Source: SAR86 cluster bacterium SAR86B (GTDB lineage: Bacteria > Pseudomonadota > Gammaproteobacteria > Magnimaribacterales > D2472). From it: a DNA stretch of 64,000 nucleotides. The notes under the pieces are model-generated. The model had not been told where the DNA came from. It ran no database searches and worked only from the letters and a program-made list of their open reading frames with translations. Each line of letters opens with the position of its first letter. Positions within the stretch are counted from its first letter, which is position 1. Made by a program: the position numbers and the translations under genes. This document shows positions 40,179-48,197 of the stretch, one piece after another. The stretch spans positions 1,620 through 65,619 of the forward strand of contig CAJJAC010000010.1 of NCBI GenBank assembly GCA_905181955.1, read 5' to 3'.

Positions 40179-40655
40179 CTAATTTAAGAGAAAAAATACA
40201 GCTAAAGACCCTATAACAAGCAATAGAAGCAAGTTATCATCAAAAATATCAATTAACTTATCTTTTGTAGGCAATCTTAGTGATCTTATATATTCCATAT
40301 CTAAATATTCATCCAAAAACCCTTCTTTAGCATCACTTTTACTTAGATCTTGAGTAATACTATCTTCTTTTATGCTAGTTGTAGTTGTTATTGACTCGTT
40401 TGACATTGCTTCATGCTCCAAATTATTATTAATATTGTTAGTCTCACCTGTACCCATAGCCTCTAATGATACTAATTCTGCCAGAATTTTATCTCTTTTT
40501 ATTCTAGCTATTAAAATATCAGAAGTTTCTAACGATTTTTTAATGAAATCTTTACCAATTACCTCTGATACTTTTCTTGAAACTCTTTTTTGAATAAAAT
40601 ATATATCCTTATTTTTACCCCTTAAAACAAGGTATTTATCATCATTTGTACTCAT
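40179..40655 (-). CDS. Hypothetical tail-anchored protein; N-terminus resembles the N-terminal domain found on some tyrosine integrases (DUF6538-like)
   Basis: YLVLRGKNKDIYFIQKRVSRKVSEVIGKDFIKKSLETSDILIA fits the Y-L-x-R-G-x-Y-Y-F-x-x-R-V-P...GK..I..SL.T.D...A pattern. This is followed by a low-complexity acidic/Ser/Thr linker and a C-terminal TM helix LLLLLVIGSLAVFFLL. Confidence 0.45.
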   Translation of the reverse strand: MSTNDDKYLVLRGKNKDIYFIQKRVSRKVSEVIGKDFIKKSLETSDILIARIKRDKILAELVSLEAMGTGETNNINNNLEHEAMSNESITTTTSIKEDSITQDLSKSDAKEGFLDEYLDMEYIRSLRLPTKDKLIDIFDDNLLLLLVIGSLAVFFLLN

Positions 40656-40793
40656 ATTATACTTAAGTATTGCTTATTTGTACTCATAATATACTACATT
40701 CTTTTTTTTAATTCAATAAAATGTACTCATAATATTATATATGTACTCATAATGGTTATAATTCTAAGAAAAAAGACATTATGTACCCATAAA
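40647..40793. repeat. Five direct copies of TGTACTCATAAT(AT) in the divergent intergenic region
   Basis: Copies start at 40647, 40679, 40722, 40742 and 40782 (the last is degenerate, TGTACCCATAAA). Copy 1 contains the start codon of the 40179-40655 gene. Confidence 0.85.
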
Positions 40794-40834
40794 TCTTATA
40801 TATTATTTTATATCAGTTGTGCAATAATAATATT

Positions 40835-41488
40835 ATGAAAGTATCTGAAGCAGTCGCATCAAGAAAATCTATTAGAGAGTTTTTAAAAACTCCAGTTGAA
40901 AACAGTCTAATAAAACAATTACTAGAAAAGTCAGCTAGAGCAGCTAATGGCGGTAACTTACAACCATGGCAGATATTTGTTATAAATAATGAAAGCATGT
41001 CTGCATTTTTAAAACACCAGTCTGAATGGACTGATCCTGAAACCTCTGCTTACAACATATATCCATCTAGTCTTAAAGAGCCCTACAGAACCTCTAGATA
41101 TCAGCTTGGAGAGCAAATGTATTCTTTGCTTAATATTAGTAGAGACGATAAGGAAGCGCGTTTTATGCAAGTACTAAAAAACTTTGAATTTTTTGGAGCT
41201 CCTACTGCTATTTTTTGTTTTGTAGATAAACAAATGGGTCCACCACAATGGTCTGATTTAGGAATGTTTCTTCAAACCTTTATGCTTTTAGGACAAGAGG
41301 AGGGTTTAGATACGTGTGCTCAAGAGGCATGGTCTATGAAGCAAGAGAGTGTTAGTGACTTCTTCCAGGTCGATGATGAGACTATGTTGTTCTGTGGGAT
41401 GTCTATTGGTTATAAAGACCCTGAAGCTCTAATCAATCAATTAGATAGCGAACGTCGCCCTGTAGATGACTGGGCTACTTTCGTATAA
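40835..41488 (+). CDS. Nitroreductase-family flavoprotein
   Basis: RKSIREF N-terminal motif, NGGNLQPW, and family-typical length. The ATG at 40835 is preferred over the upstream TTG at 40817. Confidence 0.8.
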   Translation: MKVSEAVASRKSIREFLKTPVENSLIKQLLEKSARAANGGNLQPWQIFVINNESMSAFLKHQSEWTDPETSAYNIYPSSLKEPYRTSRYQLGEQMYSLLNISRDDKEARFMQVLKNFEFFGAPTAIFCFVDKQMGPPQWSDLGMFLQTFMLLGQEEGLDTCAQEAWSMKQESVSDFFQVDDETMLFCGMSIGYKDPEALINQLDSERRPVDDWATFV

Positions 41489-41511
41489 ACCAATATTTTT
41501 TATTTAGGCAT

Positions 41512-41540
41512 AAAAAAACCCGGTATAAAACCGGGTTTTA
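41512..41540. terminator. Bidirectional rho-independent terminator shared by the nitroreductase and proteorhodopsin genes
   Basis: AAAACCCGG-tataaaa-CCGGGTTTT hairpin flanked by an A-run and a T-run. Confidence 0.85.
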
Positions 41541-41561
41541 AATTCAGTTTGAATTTAGTAA

Positions 41562-42317
41562 TTAAGCATTACTAGATTCTTTAACTGCTACATGCCAGAT
41601 AACTAGACCAAATAGAATCTTGTTAACAAAGTCAGCAAGATTATAAACTAGGTTTAAGTTCTGAGCATATATATTGCTACCATCACCCATTAGGTAACCA
41701 GCAGCATATCCAAGTGGGTAAATAGCCCAACCAACAACAATGATCATCATCATTGCGTTATAAGCAGAGTTTACAGCAGGACTTGCAGTTTTTACTGCTG
41801 CCTTACCTTCACCCATGTATAACACTTGAATCATGTATAACCATCCAGCCATACCAATAGCAAAAGCAAGCGTGACATTCATCATTCCAGCTTCACCCAT
41901 GAAACCAAATCCTAACATTACAAGAGAACCGCCAAGCAGCTTCTTAAATAATGAACCAGCAACTGAAGTACAAGCTGCAAGGATTAGATAGAATTCAACC
42001 ATTTGTAATGGAACAGTTAGCAACCAATCAATATATCTAAATACTGTCGGCGTAGCACCTGTATCAACCCAAACACCTCTCATATAGAGATAATGCCAGA
42101 ATGCAATACCGGTAATTAAACCAGCAACTGTTAGTGATGTTTTCCACTTAGCACTTACTTGATCTCTTTCAACAAAGAAAAATACCGTTGCAGCAAGCAT
42201 AGCAGCAGTAACAAGCCAGAAAGATATTCCAACCGTATCAGTAATACTTAAATCACCGCCACCTGCAGCGAATGATGGAAGTGCAATCGCACTCGTCAAT
42301 AATAATAACAATTTCAT
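41562..42317 (-). CDS. Proteorhodopsin, proton-pumping DTE type, predicted blue-absorbing (Gln105)
   Basis: Signal peptide, then RYIDWLLTVPLQMVEF with D97/T101/E108 and Q105, H75 in FWHY, and the retinal lysine in ADFVNKILFG. From memory, it is very close to SAR86-type proteorhodopsin. Confidence 0.95.
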   Translation of the reverse strand: MKLLLLLTSAIALPSFAAGGGDLSITDTVGISFWLVTAAMLAATVFFFVERDQVSAKWKTSLTVAGLITGIAFWHYLYMRGVWVDTGATPTVFRYIDWLLTVPLQMVEFYLILAACTSVAGSLFKKLLGGSLVMLGFGFMGEAGMMNVTLAFAIGMAGWLYMIQVLYMGEGKAAVKTASPAVNSAYNAMMMIIVVGWAIYPLGYAAGYLMGDGSNIYAQNLNLVYNLADFVNKILFGLVIWHVAVKESSNA

Positions 42318-42367
42318 ATACTACCCCCAGTAGTTCAATAAGAAATAACATAATTTCTTAAATATTA

Positions 42368-42386
42368 GATGAGAATAATTCTCATC
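42368..42386. promoter_or_regulatory. Perfect 9-1-9 palindrome GATGAGAATaATTCTCATC (Fur-box-like) over the predicted proteorhodopsin transcription start
   Basis: It lies immediately downstream of a consensus TATAAT on the minus strand (42394-42399), and its near edge is 51 nt upstream of the ATG. The 17-nt core is 15/17 identical to the site at 2347-2363. Confidence 0.5.
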
Positions 42387-42579
42387 GACATTAATTATAT
42401 TGAATTTAGCTAATAAACTAAAGTATTAATAAAATAACGTATCTTACTGTTATATATAATATTTATATATATAAGATATCTTCTGGATGCTCTCTTAAAA
42501 TGTTTTTGTTATATTGTAATTAAGCTCATCTATTTAAATACAATATGACATCTAAAAAAGATTTTTACTGGAATGAAAT

Positions 42580-43371
42580 ATGAAATACATAGCAACATTA
42601 ATACTATCATTTAACTTCTTTTTTGTTCACGCAGAATCATTAGAATTCTTGGAAGCAGAGGTGCTCTCGTTAAAAAACTCTAGTCCTGAAAGGATTCTTT
42701 TTGTGGGTAATAGTTATCTTTACTATAACGATAGTCTTCATAATCATTTAAGAAGAATGGCAGAGGAACAGAATCCTGAGAGAAAAGAGTTCTTTGGTTA
42801 TAAATCTGCAACCATAGGCGGCTCTAGGTTGGCGCATCATAATTTAGATCATTTGCTTGATTCTAAAAATATTGGAATCAATAAACCATTTCAATTAGTT
42901 ATTTTGCAAGGTGGAAGTGCAGAGGTTCTAGATAAGGCTGCAAGAAAATCTTTTAATCTAAATGCAAAAAAAATGATTGCTAAAATTAAAGATAGTGGAG
43001 GAGAGGCATTGCTTTACATGACGCATCCGTATGTTCCACCTCATAAGCTATATGACCCAAGGATGATAGAGAAAATAAGATACACCTATATAAAAGCAGC
43101 AAATGATTACGATGCCTTGGTTGCCCCAATTGGTATTGCATACATAAATGCTTACAAGGCAAGACCTGATATTCAGCTTCATAAATCTTATGATGGTAGT
43201 CACCCAGATATTCTTGGAACTTATCTTTCAGCATGCGTTCTTTATACAACCATTTTTAAGAAGCCATCTTCAGAAGTTCAATATAATTACTTTGGCGAGA
43301 TTAGCAATGAAGATCAAAAATTTCTCCAAGATATAGCTGATATGACCGTGAAAGACTTTTTTGATAGATAA
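42580..43371 (+). CDS. Secreted SGNH/GDSL-like hydrolase-fold protein
   Basis: Signal peptide. FVGNSY block I-like motif and DGSHP (DxxH) block V-like motif. Confidence 0.5.
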   Translation: MKYIATLILSFNFFFVHAESLEFLEAEVLSLKNSSPERILFVGNSYLYYNDSLHNHLRRMAEEQNPERKEFFGYKSATIGGSRLAHHNLDHLLDSKNIGINKPFQLVILQGGSAEVLDKAARKSFNLNAKKMIAKIKDSGGEALLYMTHPYVPPHKLYDPRMIEKIRYTYIKAANDYDALVAPIGIAYINAYKARPDIQLHKSYDGSHPDILGTYLSACVLYTTIFKKPSSEVQYNYFGEISNEDQKFLQDIADMTVKDFFDR

Positions 43372-43433
43372 CTATAGAAAACAAGAATGTATAAAAGTTT
43401 TGATATATAAATAATGTTTAGTATGATCGTTGT

Positions 43434-43916
43434 ATGAAAGTTGCTATATATCCTGGTTCATTTGATCCAATTACCTTTGGTCATATGGATATTATTGAAA
43501 GAGCTTGTGGCATTTTTGACAAAGTTATTCTTGCTGTAGCTGAAAGCCAATCTAAAAAGCCCTTATTCACATTAGAAGAAAGACTTAGCATGACTGAGTC
43601 AATTTATTCTGACCATCCAAAAATAGAAACAGTAAGTTTTTCAAGAAAATTAACTGTTGAGTTAGCAAGGGATCATAAAGCTTGTGCAATCATAAGAGGC
43701 CTAAGAGCAGTTGCAGATTTTGAGTATGAATTTCAGTTGGCTACTATGAATAGAACTTTAGCTCCTGATATAGAGAGCATTTTCTTGACGCCTAAAGATA
43801 CTTTAATTTATGTATCTTCAAGCCTTGTAAAGGAAATTGCTGAATTAAAAGGTGATGTATCAAGATTTGTTCATCCCAATATTGACCAAGCTCTTAAAGC
43901 AAAACTTCTAGTTTAA
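43434..43916 (+). CDS. coaD: Phosphopantetheine adenylyltransferase
   Basis: YPGSFDPITFGHMDII HxGH motif and VSSSLVKEI motif, 160 aa. Confidence 0.95.
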   Translation: MKVAIYPGSFDPITFGHMDIIERACGIFDKVILAVAESQSKKPLFTLEERLSMTESIYSDHPKIETVSFSRKLTVELARDHKACAIIRGLRAVADFEYEFQLATMNRTLAPDIESIFLTPKDTLIYVSSSLVKEIAELKGDVSRFVHPNIDQALKAKLLV

Positions 43917-44722
43917 CCCTGACAAATATTACAAAAGTATGACGCTCTTTGATTTTGAGTAATTTTACTAATTAGATTTTCACAATTTACACAAACCTCA
44001 TTTTCTCTGTCATATACATTGAGCTGTATCTTAAAATAGCCTGCCGATCCCTCAGCTGAAAAAAAGTCTTTTAGAGTGGTTCCACCAACTTTTATTGCCT
44101 CTTTGAGAATAATCTTAGAATTACTGGTAATTAAATTACATTCAGAGTTAGAGATAGTTTGAGCTAGTCTTCTAGGATCAACAGAAGATCTAAATAAAAT
44201 TTCTGAAGCGTATATATTTCCAATCCCAACAACATTCTTCTGATTCATAATAAAGTTTTTTATATTCGTTTTCGAATTCTGAATTTTTTTAAATAAATAA
44301 TCTTTACAAAAAGACCTAGATAAAGGCTCAGGACCAAGGCTAGAAATTAAAAAATGATCTTTGTATGATTTAGTTACGTGAATTGAACCAAATCTTCTAG
44401 GGTCATTATAGATTAATTTATTATCTTCAAATATTAGTTCGGCATGATCATGCTTTTTAAAGAAATTATCTTTTCTATTCATTATTCTTAAAGTACCTGA
44501 CATACCTAAATGAACTATTAATTGGTAATCATCAAAATCAAAGATTAGATACTTTGCTCTTCTAAAGATCTGATTAATTTTTTTACCCGATAATTTTTGA
44601 CTAATATCTTTATCGACGAGCCATCTAAGATTTGGATTATGGATACTAATAGACTCTACAATCTTTTCTTCAAAAGACTTAATTGCTCTTAGTGTTGTTT
44701 CTACCTCAGGTAGCTCGGGCAT
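43913..44722 (-). CDS. mutM: Formamidopyrimidine-DNA glycosylase
   Basis: MPELPEVE N-terminus, H2TH region, C-terminal CxxC...CxxC zinc finger. Confidence 0.95.
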   Translation of the reverse strand: MPELPEVETTLRAIKSFEEKIVESISIHNPNLRWLVDKDISQKLSGKKINQIFRRAKYLIFDFDDYQLIVHLGMSGTLRIMNRKDNFFKKHDHAELIFEDNKLIYNDPRRFGSIHVTKSYKDHFLISSLGPEPLSRSFCKDYLFKKIQNSKTNIKNFIMNQKNVVGIGNIYASEILFRSSVDPRRLAQTISNSECNLITSNSKIILKEAIKVGGTTLKDFFSAEGSAGYFKIQLNVYDRENEVCVNCENLISKITQNQRASYFCNICQG

Positions 44723-46044
44723 TAATTTAGAAAATTATTTATATCAGCAATATTTTCAGGTTCTAAGTTACCAGCAGCAAGCCCCAGCCTTAGATTTGAA
44801 AGAATGTAGTCATATTTTGCATTTGCTAGGTTTCTTTCAGCACTGTATAGATTTTTTTCTGATTGCAATAAATCAACAATATTTCGTGTACCAACTTCAT
44901 AACCTACTTTTGTAGCTTCAAGAGCGCTAGTTGCAGAAACAACTGCTTGCTCCTGAGCATTAACACTTGCAACCAGGGATAGCACATTCGAATATTCAGA
45001 TCTTACTTCTTGGATAACTGATCTTTCAATGAAAAGCGTATCTTCAATTGATTTATCATAATTTGCATAAGCCTGTTTACGTCTTGAGTTCACAGAACCA
45101 CCTTGGAATATAGGCATACTGAATTGAATGCTATAGGCTCTTCGCTCAGTCTCTTGAGGAACAGAAATAAGAATTGGAGCATCAAAGTCATCAATATAAT
45201 ATTGATTGGTTTCTGACTTAGAGGCAGAACCAACAATATCTACTTTAGGTAAATGATCTGAAGCAGCGCCTCTAGCAGAATTTTTTGAAGCATCTCTTCT
45301 TAGTTTCGCAGCTTTTAATTTATAGTTACTTGTAATAGCTAGATTAACCCAGTCTTGTTTTGATGCAGGTGACGGATTAACAATTGGAAGATTATCTCCC
45401 AACGGATCAATGCTATAAACCTCTCTTCCTATTAAAGCATTAAGAGCTTCTCTTGCTGAGAAAACTGCGCCTTCAGTTCTAATTCTTGCAGCTAAACTAA
45501 GATCATAAGCAAGCTGTGCTTCTTGAACTCCAGTAATAGCAGAAAGACCAACTTCGTATCGCTGTTTAGCTTGATCAAGTTGTTTCTTAATTGCTTTCTC
45601 TTCGGACTTGGATGCATTTAAGTTATCAATTGTTCTCAAAACGCCAAAATATAACTCTGCAGTTCTTACAACTAAGTTTTGTTGCTCGTAACCAAAATCT
45701 GCTTCAGCAGCATTTGTTAAAGCTTGAGATCTTTTATATTGAAACCATGAATCTAATCTTATTAGTGGTTGAGTAAGGCGAGCTGATGAGGAGAAACTAT
45801 TGTATTCATTACTTAAATTTCCATCTTGGTAGGATTCATTCCAGTTAGTGCTCCCATTGATGGATACACTTGGCATTAATCCAGCTCTTCCTTGAACAAC
45901 AAATTCTTTTCCAGATAAAAGGGAAAATTCTGCTGCTCTATATTTAGGATCATTTTCCAAAGCTTCATTATAAATATCAATAATATTTTCAGATGAGGCT
46001 ATTCCAGATACTACTAGAAGGGATGTAAGAATTAAGTTTTTCAT
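44722..46044 (-). CDS. tolC: TolC-family outer-membrane channel
   Basis: Signal peptide, two-repeat OEP architecture, IYNEALENDPKYRAA start typical of TolC. Confidence 0.85.
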   Translation of the reverse strand: MKNLILTSLLVVSGIASSENIIDIYNEALENDPKYRAAEFSLLSGKEFVVQGRAGLMPSVSINGSTNWNESYQDGNLSNEYNSFSSSARLTQPLIRLDSWFQYKRSQALTNAAEADFGYEQQNLVVRTAELYFGVLRTIDNLNASKSEEKAIKKQLDQAKQRYEVGLSAITGVQEAQLAYDLSLAARIRTEGAVFSAREALNALIGREVYSIDPLGDNLPIVNPSPASKQDWVNLAITSNYKLKAAKLRRDASKNSARGAASDHLPKVDIVGSASKSETNQYYIDDFDAPILISVPQETERRAYSIQFSMPIFQGGSVNSRRKQAYANYDKSIEDTLFIERSVIQEVRSEYSNVLSLVASVNAQEQAVVSATSALEATKVGYEVGTRNIVDLLQSEKNLYSAERNLANAKYDYILSNLRLGLAAGNLEPENIADINNFLN

Positions 46045-46300
46045 TATTTGTACTATTTTAATATATGTAAAGCAAACTTGTCATTAATTTATTTGATGTT
46101 TACAGTGACAACATTAAACACCTTTTAGACATAGATTGTCAATATAGGCTTTTTCTAACAGTTTTTAATAAAAATCTATTAATTAAACTAATTATTAAAA
46201 GTTATCTGCCTATCTTAGAGTAGAATATCATCAATAAGTTCAATCAGATAAAGTATGACCCAGCTAGAACAAGTTTCATTAACATACAAGGTAGCGTAAG

Positions 46301-48193
46301 TTGAGTTCAAGTTCATATGACTCTAGGGCAATCGAAGTTTTATCAGGCCTAGATCCTGTAAGAAAAAGACCAGGAATGTATACGGACACAAGCTGTCCAA
46401 ACCATCTTATTCAAGAAGTTCTTGATAACTCAGTTGATGAAGCCCTCTCTGGACACTGTTCTAAGATAAAAGTTACTTTGTGTAGAGACGGTTTTATACA
46501 AGTTTCAGATGATGGAAGAGGTATGCCGGTTGACATTCACCCTGAGCATAAGGTTTCAGGAGTTGAATTAATCATGTGTAAACTTCACGCTGGTGCTAAA
46601 TTTTCAGGCAAGGAATATAATTTTTCAGGTGGTCTCCATGGTGTCGGAGTCTCTGTTGTAAATGCATTATCTGCAGAGCTTGAGGTTAAAATAAGAAGAG
46701 ATTCTAAGGAATTCCAAATAGATTTTGCTGATGGTGAAAAAACTAAAGAACTTCATCAAATAGGTGAAGTTGGAGTTCAAAACTCTGGAACAACTATAAG
46801 ATTCATCCCAAATAGTAGTTATTTTGAGACTGATAAAATACAAAAGAAACATCTTAAGCATCTATTAAAAGCTAAAGCAGTTTTATGCCCAGGTCTTCAA
46901 ATAGATTTTTTAGATGAAAAGAAATCAGAAAAAATTAGATGGCTATATGAAGAAGGTCTTAGCAGCTACTTATCTGAATCCTCCTCTGATATAGATTTAT
47001 TAATTGATGAATCAATTGTTTGCTCAAAATTATCAGACACTCAAGAAGTTGAATTTGCAATAAATTGGTCAAAAAATCCTCGTAAAGAGTTACTCAACGA
47101 AACCTACGTTAATCTTATTCCAACTCTTCAAGGGGGCTCACATTTTAATGGTTTTAAATCTGGACTATTAGAGGCACTAAAAGAATTCTGTGAATATAGA
47201 AATTTATTACCAAAAGGATTAAAGATAGCTGCAGATGACGTTATTAGTAATTCTATATTTGTAATTTCTTCAAAGCTACAGAATCCTCAATTTGCAGGAC
47301 AAACTAAAGAAAGATTAGATTCAAAAGACCATATGTCTTTTGTGAGTTCAGTTACCAAGGATGTTTTAAGTATTTGGTTTAATAAGCATACTGAGGAGGG
47401 TGAAAAAATTGCTGAATTAGCAATCAATTCAGCACAATTAAGAGCTAAAGCCTCAAAAACTGTTGAAAGAAAAAAATCGTTTAAAGGTCCAGCGCTTCCT
47501 GGAAAATTATCTGATTGTAATAGTGAAGATTTAAATAAAACAGAGTTATTTTTAGTAGAGGGAGATTCAGCAGGCGGCTCAGCTAAGCAGGCCCGCGAAA
47601 GATCTTTTCAGGCAATCATGCCTTTAAGAGGAAAGATTTTAAATACTTGGGAGCTTGAGAGTGCAGAAATTATTAAATCACAAGAAATTAAAAATCTATC
47701 AACAGCAATTGGCGTGCTTCCAGGAAATCCAGATATAAGTGGTCTTAGGTATGGAAAAATTTGCATATTAGCTGATGCAGATTCTGATGGTCTTCATATA
47801 GCAACTTTATTATGCGCGTTATTTCTTCAGCACTATAAACCTCTTGTTCAACAAGGAAGAATTTATGTATCAATGCCTCCTCTTTATCGAATTGATTGTG
47901 CTAAAGAAGTCTTTTATGCTCTTGATGATGCTCAAAGAGAAACTATAGTTAAGGATCTGAAATCCAGAAAAGGTAAACCCAAGATTAATATTCAAAGATT
48001 TAAAGGTTTAGGAGAAATGAATCCTCCTCAACTTCGTGAGACAGTAATGGATCCAGCAACTCGACAGCTAGTAAACTTAACTATCTCGCCTAATGATAAT
48101 GCACATTCAGTTATGGATTTATTATTAGCAAAAAAAAGGGCGCCTGATAGAAAAGAATGGTTAGAAAAAAAAGGCAGCTTAGTTAAAGTTTAA
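46301..48193 (+). CDS. parE: DNA topoisomerase IV subunit B (TTG start)
   Basis: [23 protein letters not shown] ATPase, Toprim EGDSAGG and PLRGKILN motifs. 630 aa, lacking the GyrB insertion. Followed by parC. Confidence 0.9.
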   Translation: MSSSSYDSRAIEVLSGLDPVRKRPGMYTDTSCPNHLIQEVLDNSVDEALSGHCSKIKVTLCRDGFIQVSDDGRGMPVDIHPEHKVSGVELIMCKLHAGAKFSGKEYNFSGGLHGVGVSVVNALSAELEVKIRRDSKEFQIDFADGEKTKELHQIGEVGVQNSGTTIRFIPNSSYFETDKIQKKHLKHLLKAKAVLCPGLQIDFLDEKKSEKIRWLYEEGLSSYLSESSSDIDLLIDESIVCSKLSDTQEVEFAINWSKNPRKELLNETYVNLIPTLQGGSHFNGFKSGLLEALKEFCEYRNLLPKGLKIAADDVISNSIFVISSKLQNPQFAGQTKERLDSKDHMSFVSSVTKDVLSIWFNKHTEEGEKIAELAINSAQLRAKASKTVERKKSFKGPALPGKLSDCNSEDLNKTELFLVEGDSAGGSAKQARERSFQAIMPLRGKILNTWELESAEIIKSQEIKNLSTAIGVLPGNPDISGLRYGKICILADADSDGLHIATLLCALFLQHYKPLVQQGRIYVSMPPLYRIDCAKEVFYALDDAQRETIVKDLKSRKGKPKINIQRFKGLGEMNPPQLRETVMDPATRQLVNLTISPNDNAHSVMDLLLAKKRAPDRKEWLEKKGSLVKV

Positions 48194-48197
48194 GATT

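Noticed and set aside
42340-42359. AAGAAAT-n6-ATTTCTT hairpin in the proteorhodopsin 5' leader
   Set aside because: It is a 7-bp, almost all-A/U stem of marginal stability with no conserved riboswitch-like core. I could not distinguish it from chance.
42440-42478. Long AT-rich imperfect palindrome TATCTTA...TATATATAA...TAAGATA between proteorhodopsin and the SGNH-like gene
   Set aside because: It is made almost entirely of TA repeats with a bulge. Low-complexity AT sequence in a promoter-rich divergent spacer readily produces such symmetry. There is no second copy elsewhere in the window.
46255-46299. 14-codon uORF (MTQLEQVSLTYKVA) ending 1 nt before the TTG start of parE
   Set aside because: It has no convincing Shine-Dalgarno and is very short, so it is a chance-level occurrence in a 256-bp AT-rich spacer. 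The TTG start of parE is independently supported by alignment of the N-terminus (…[19 protein letters not shown]).
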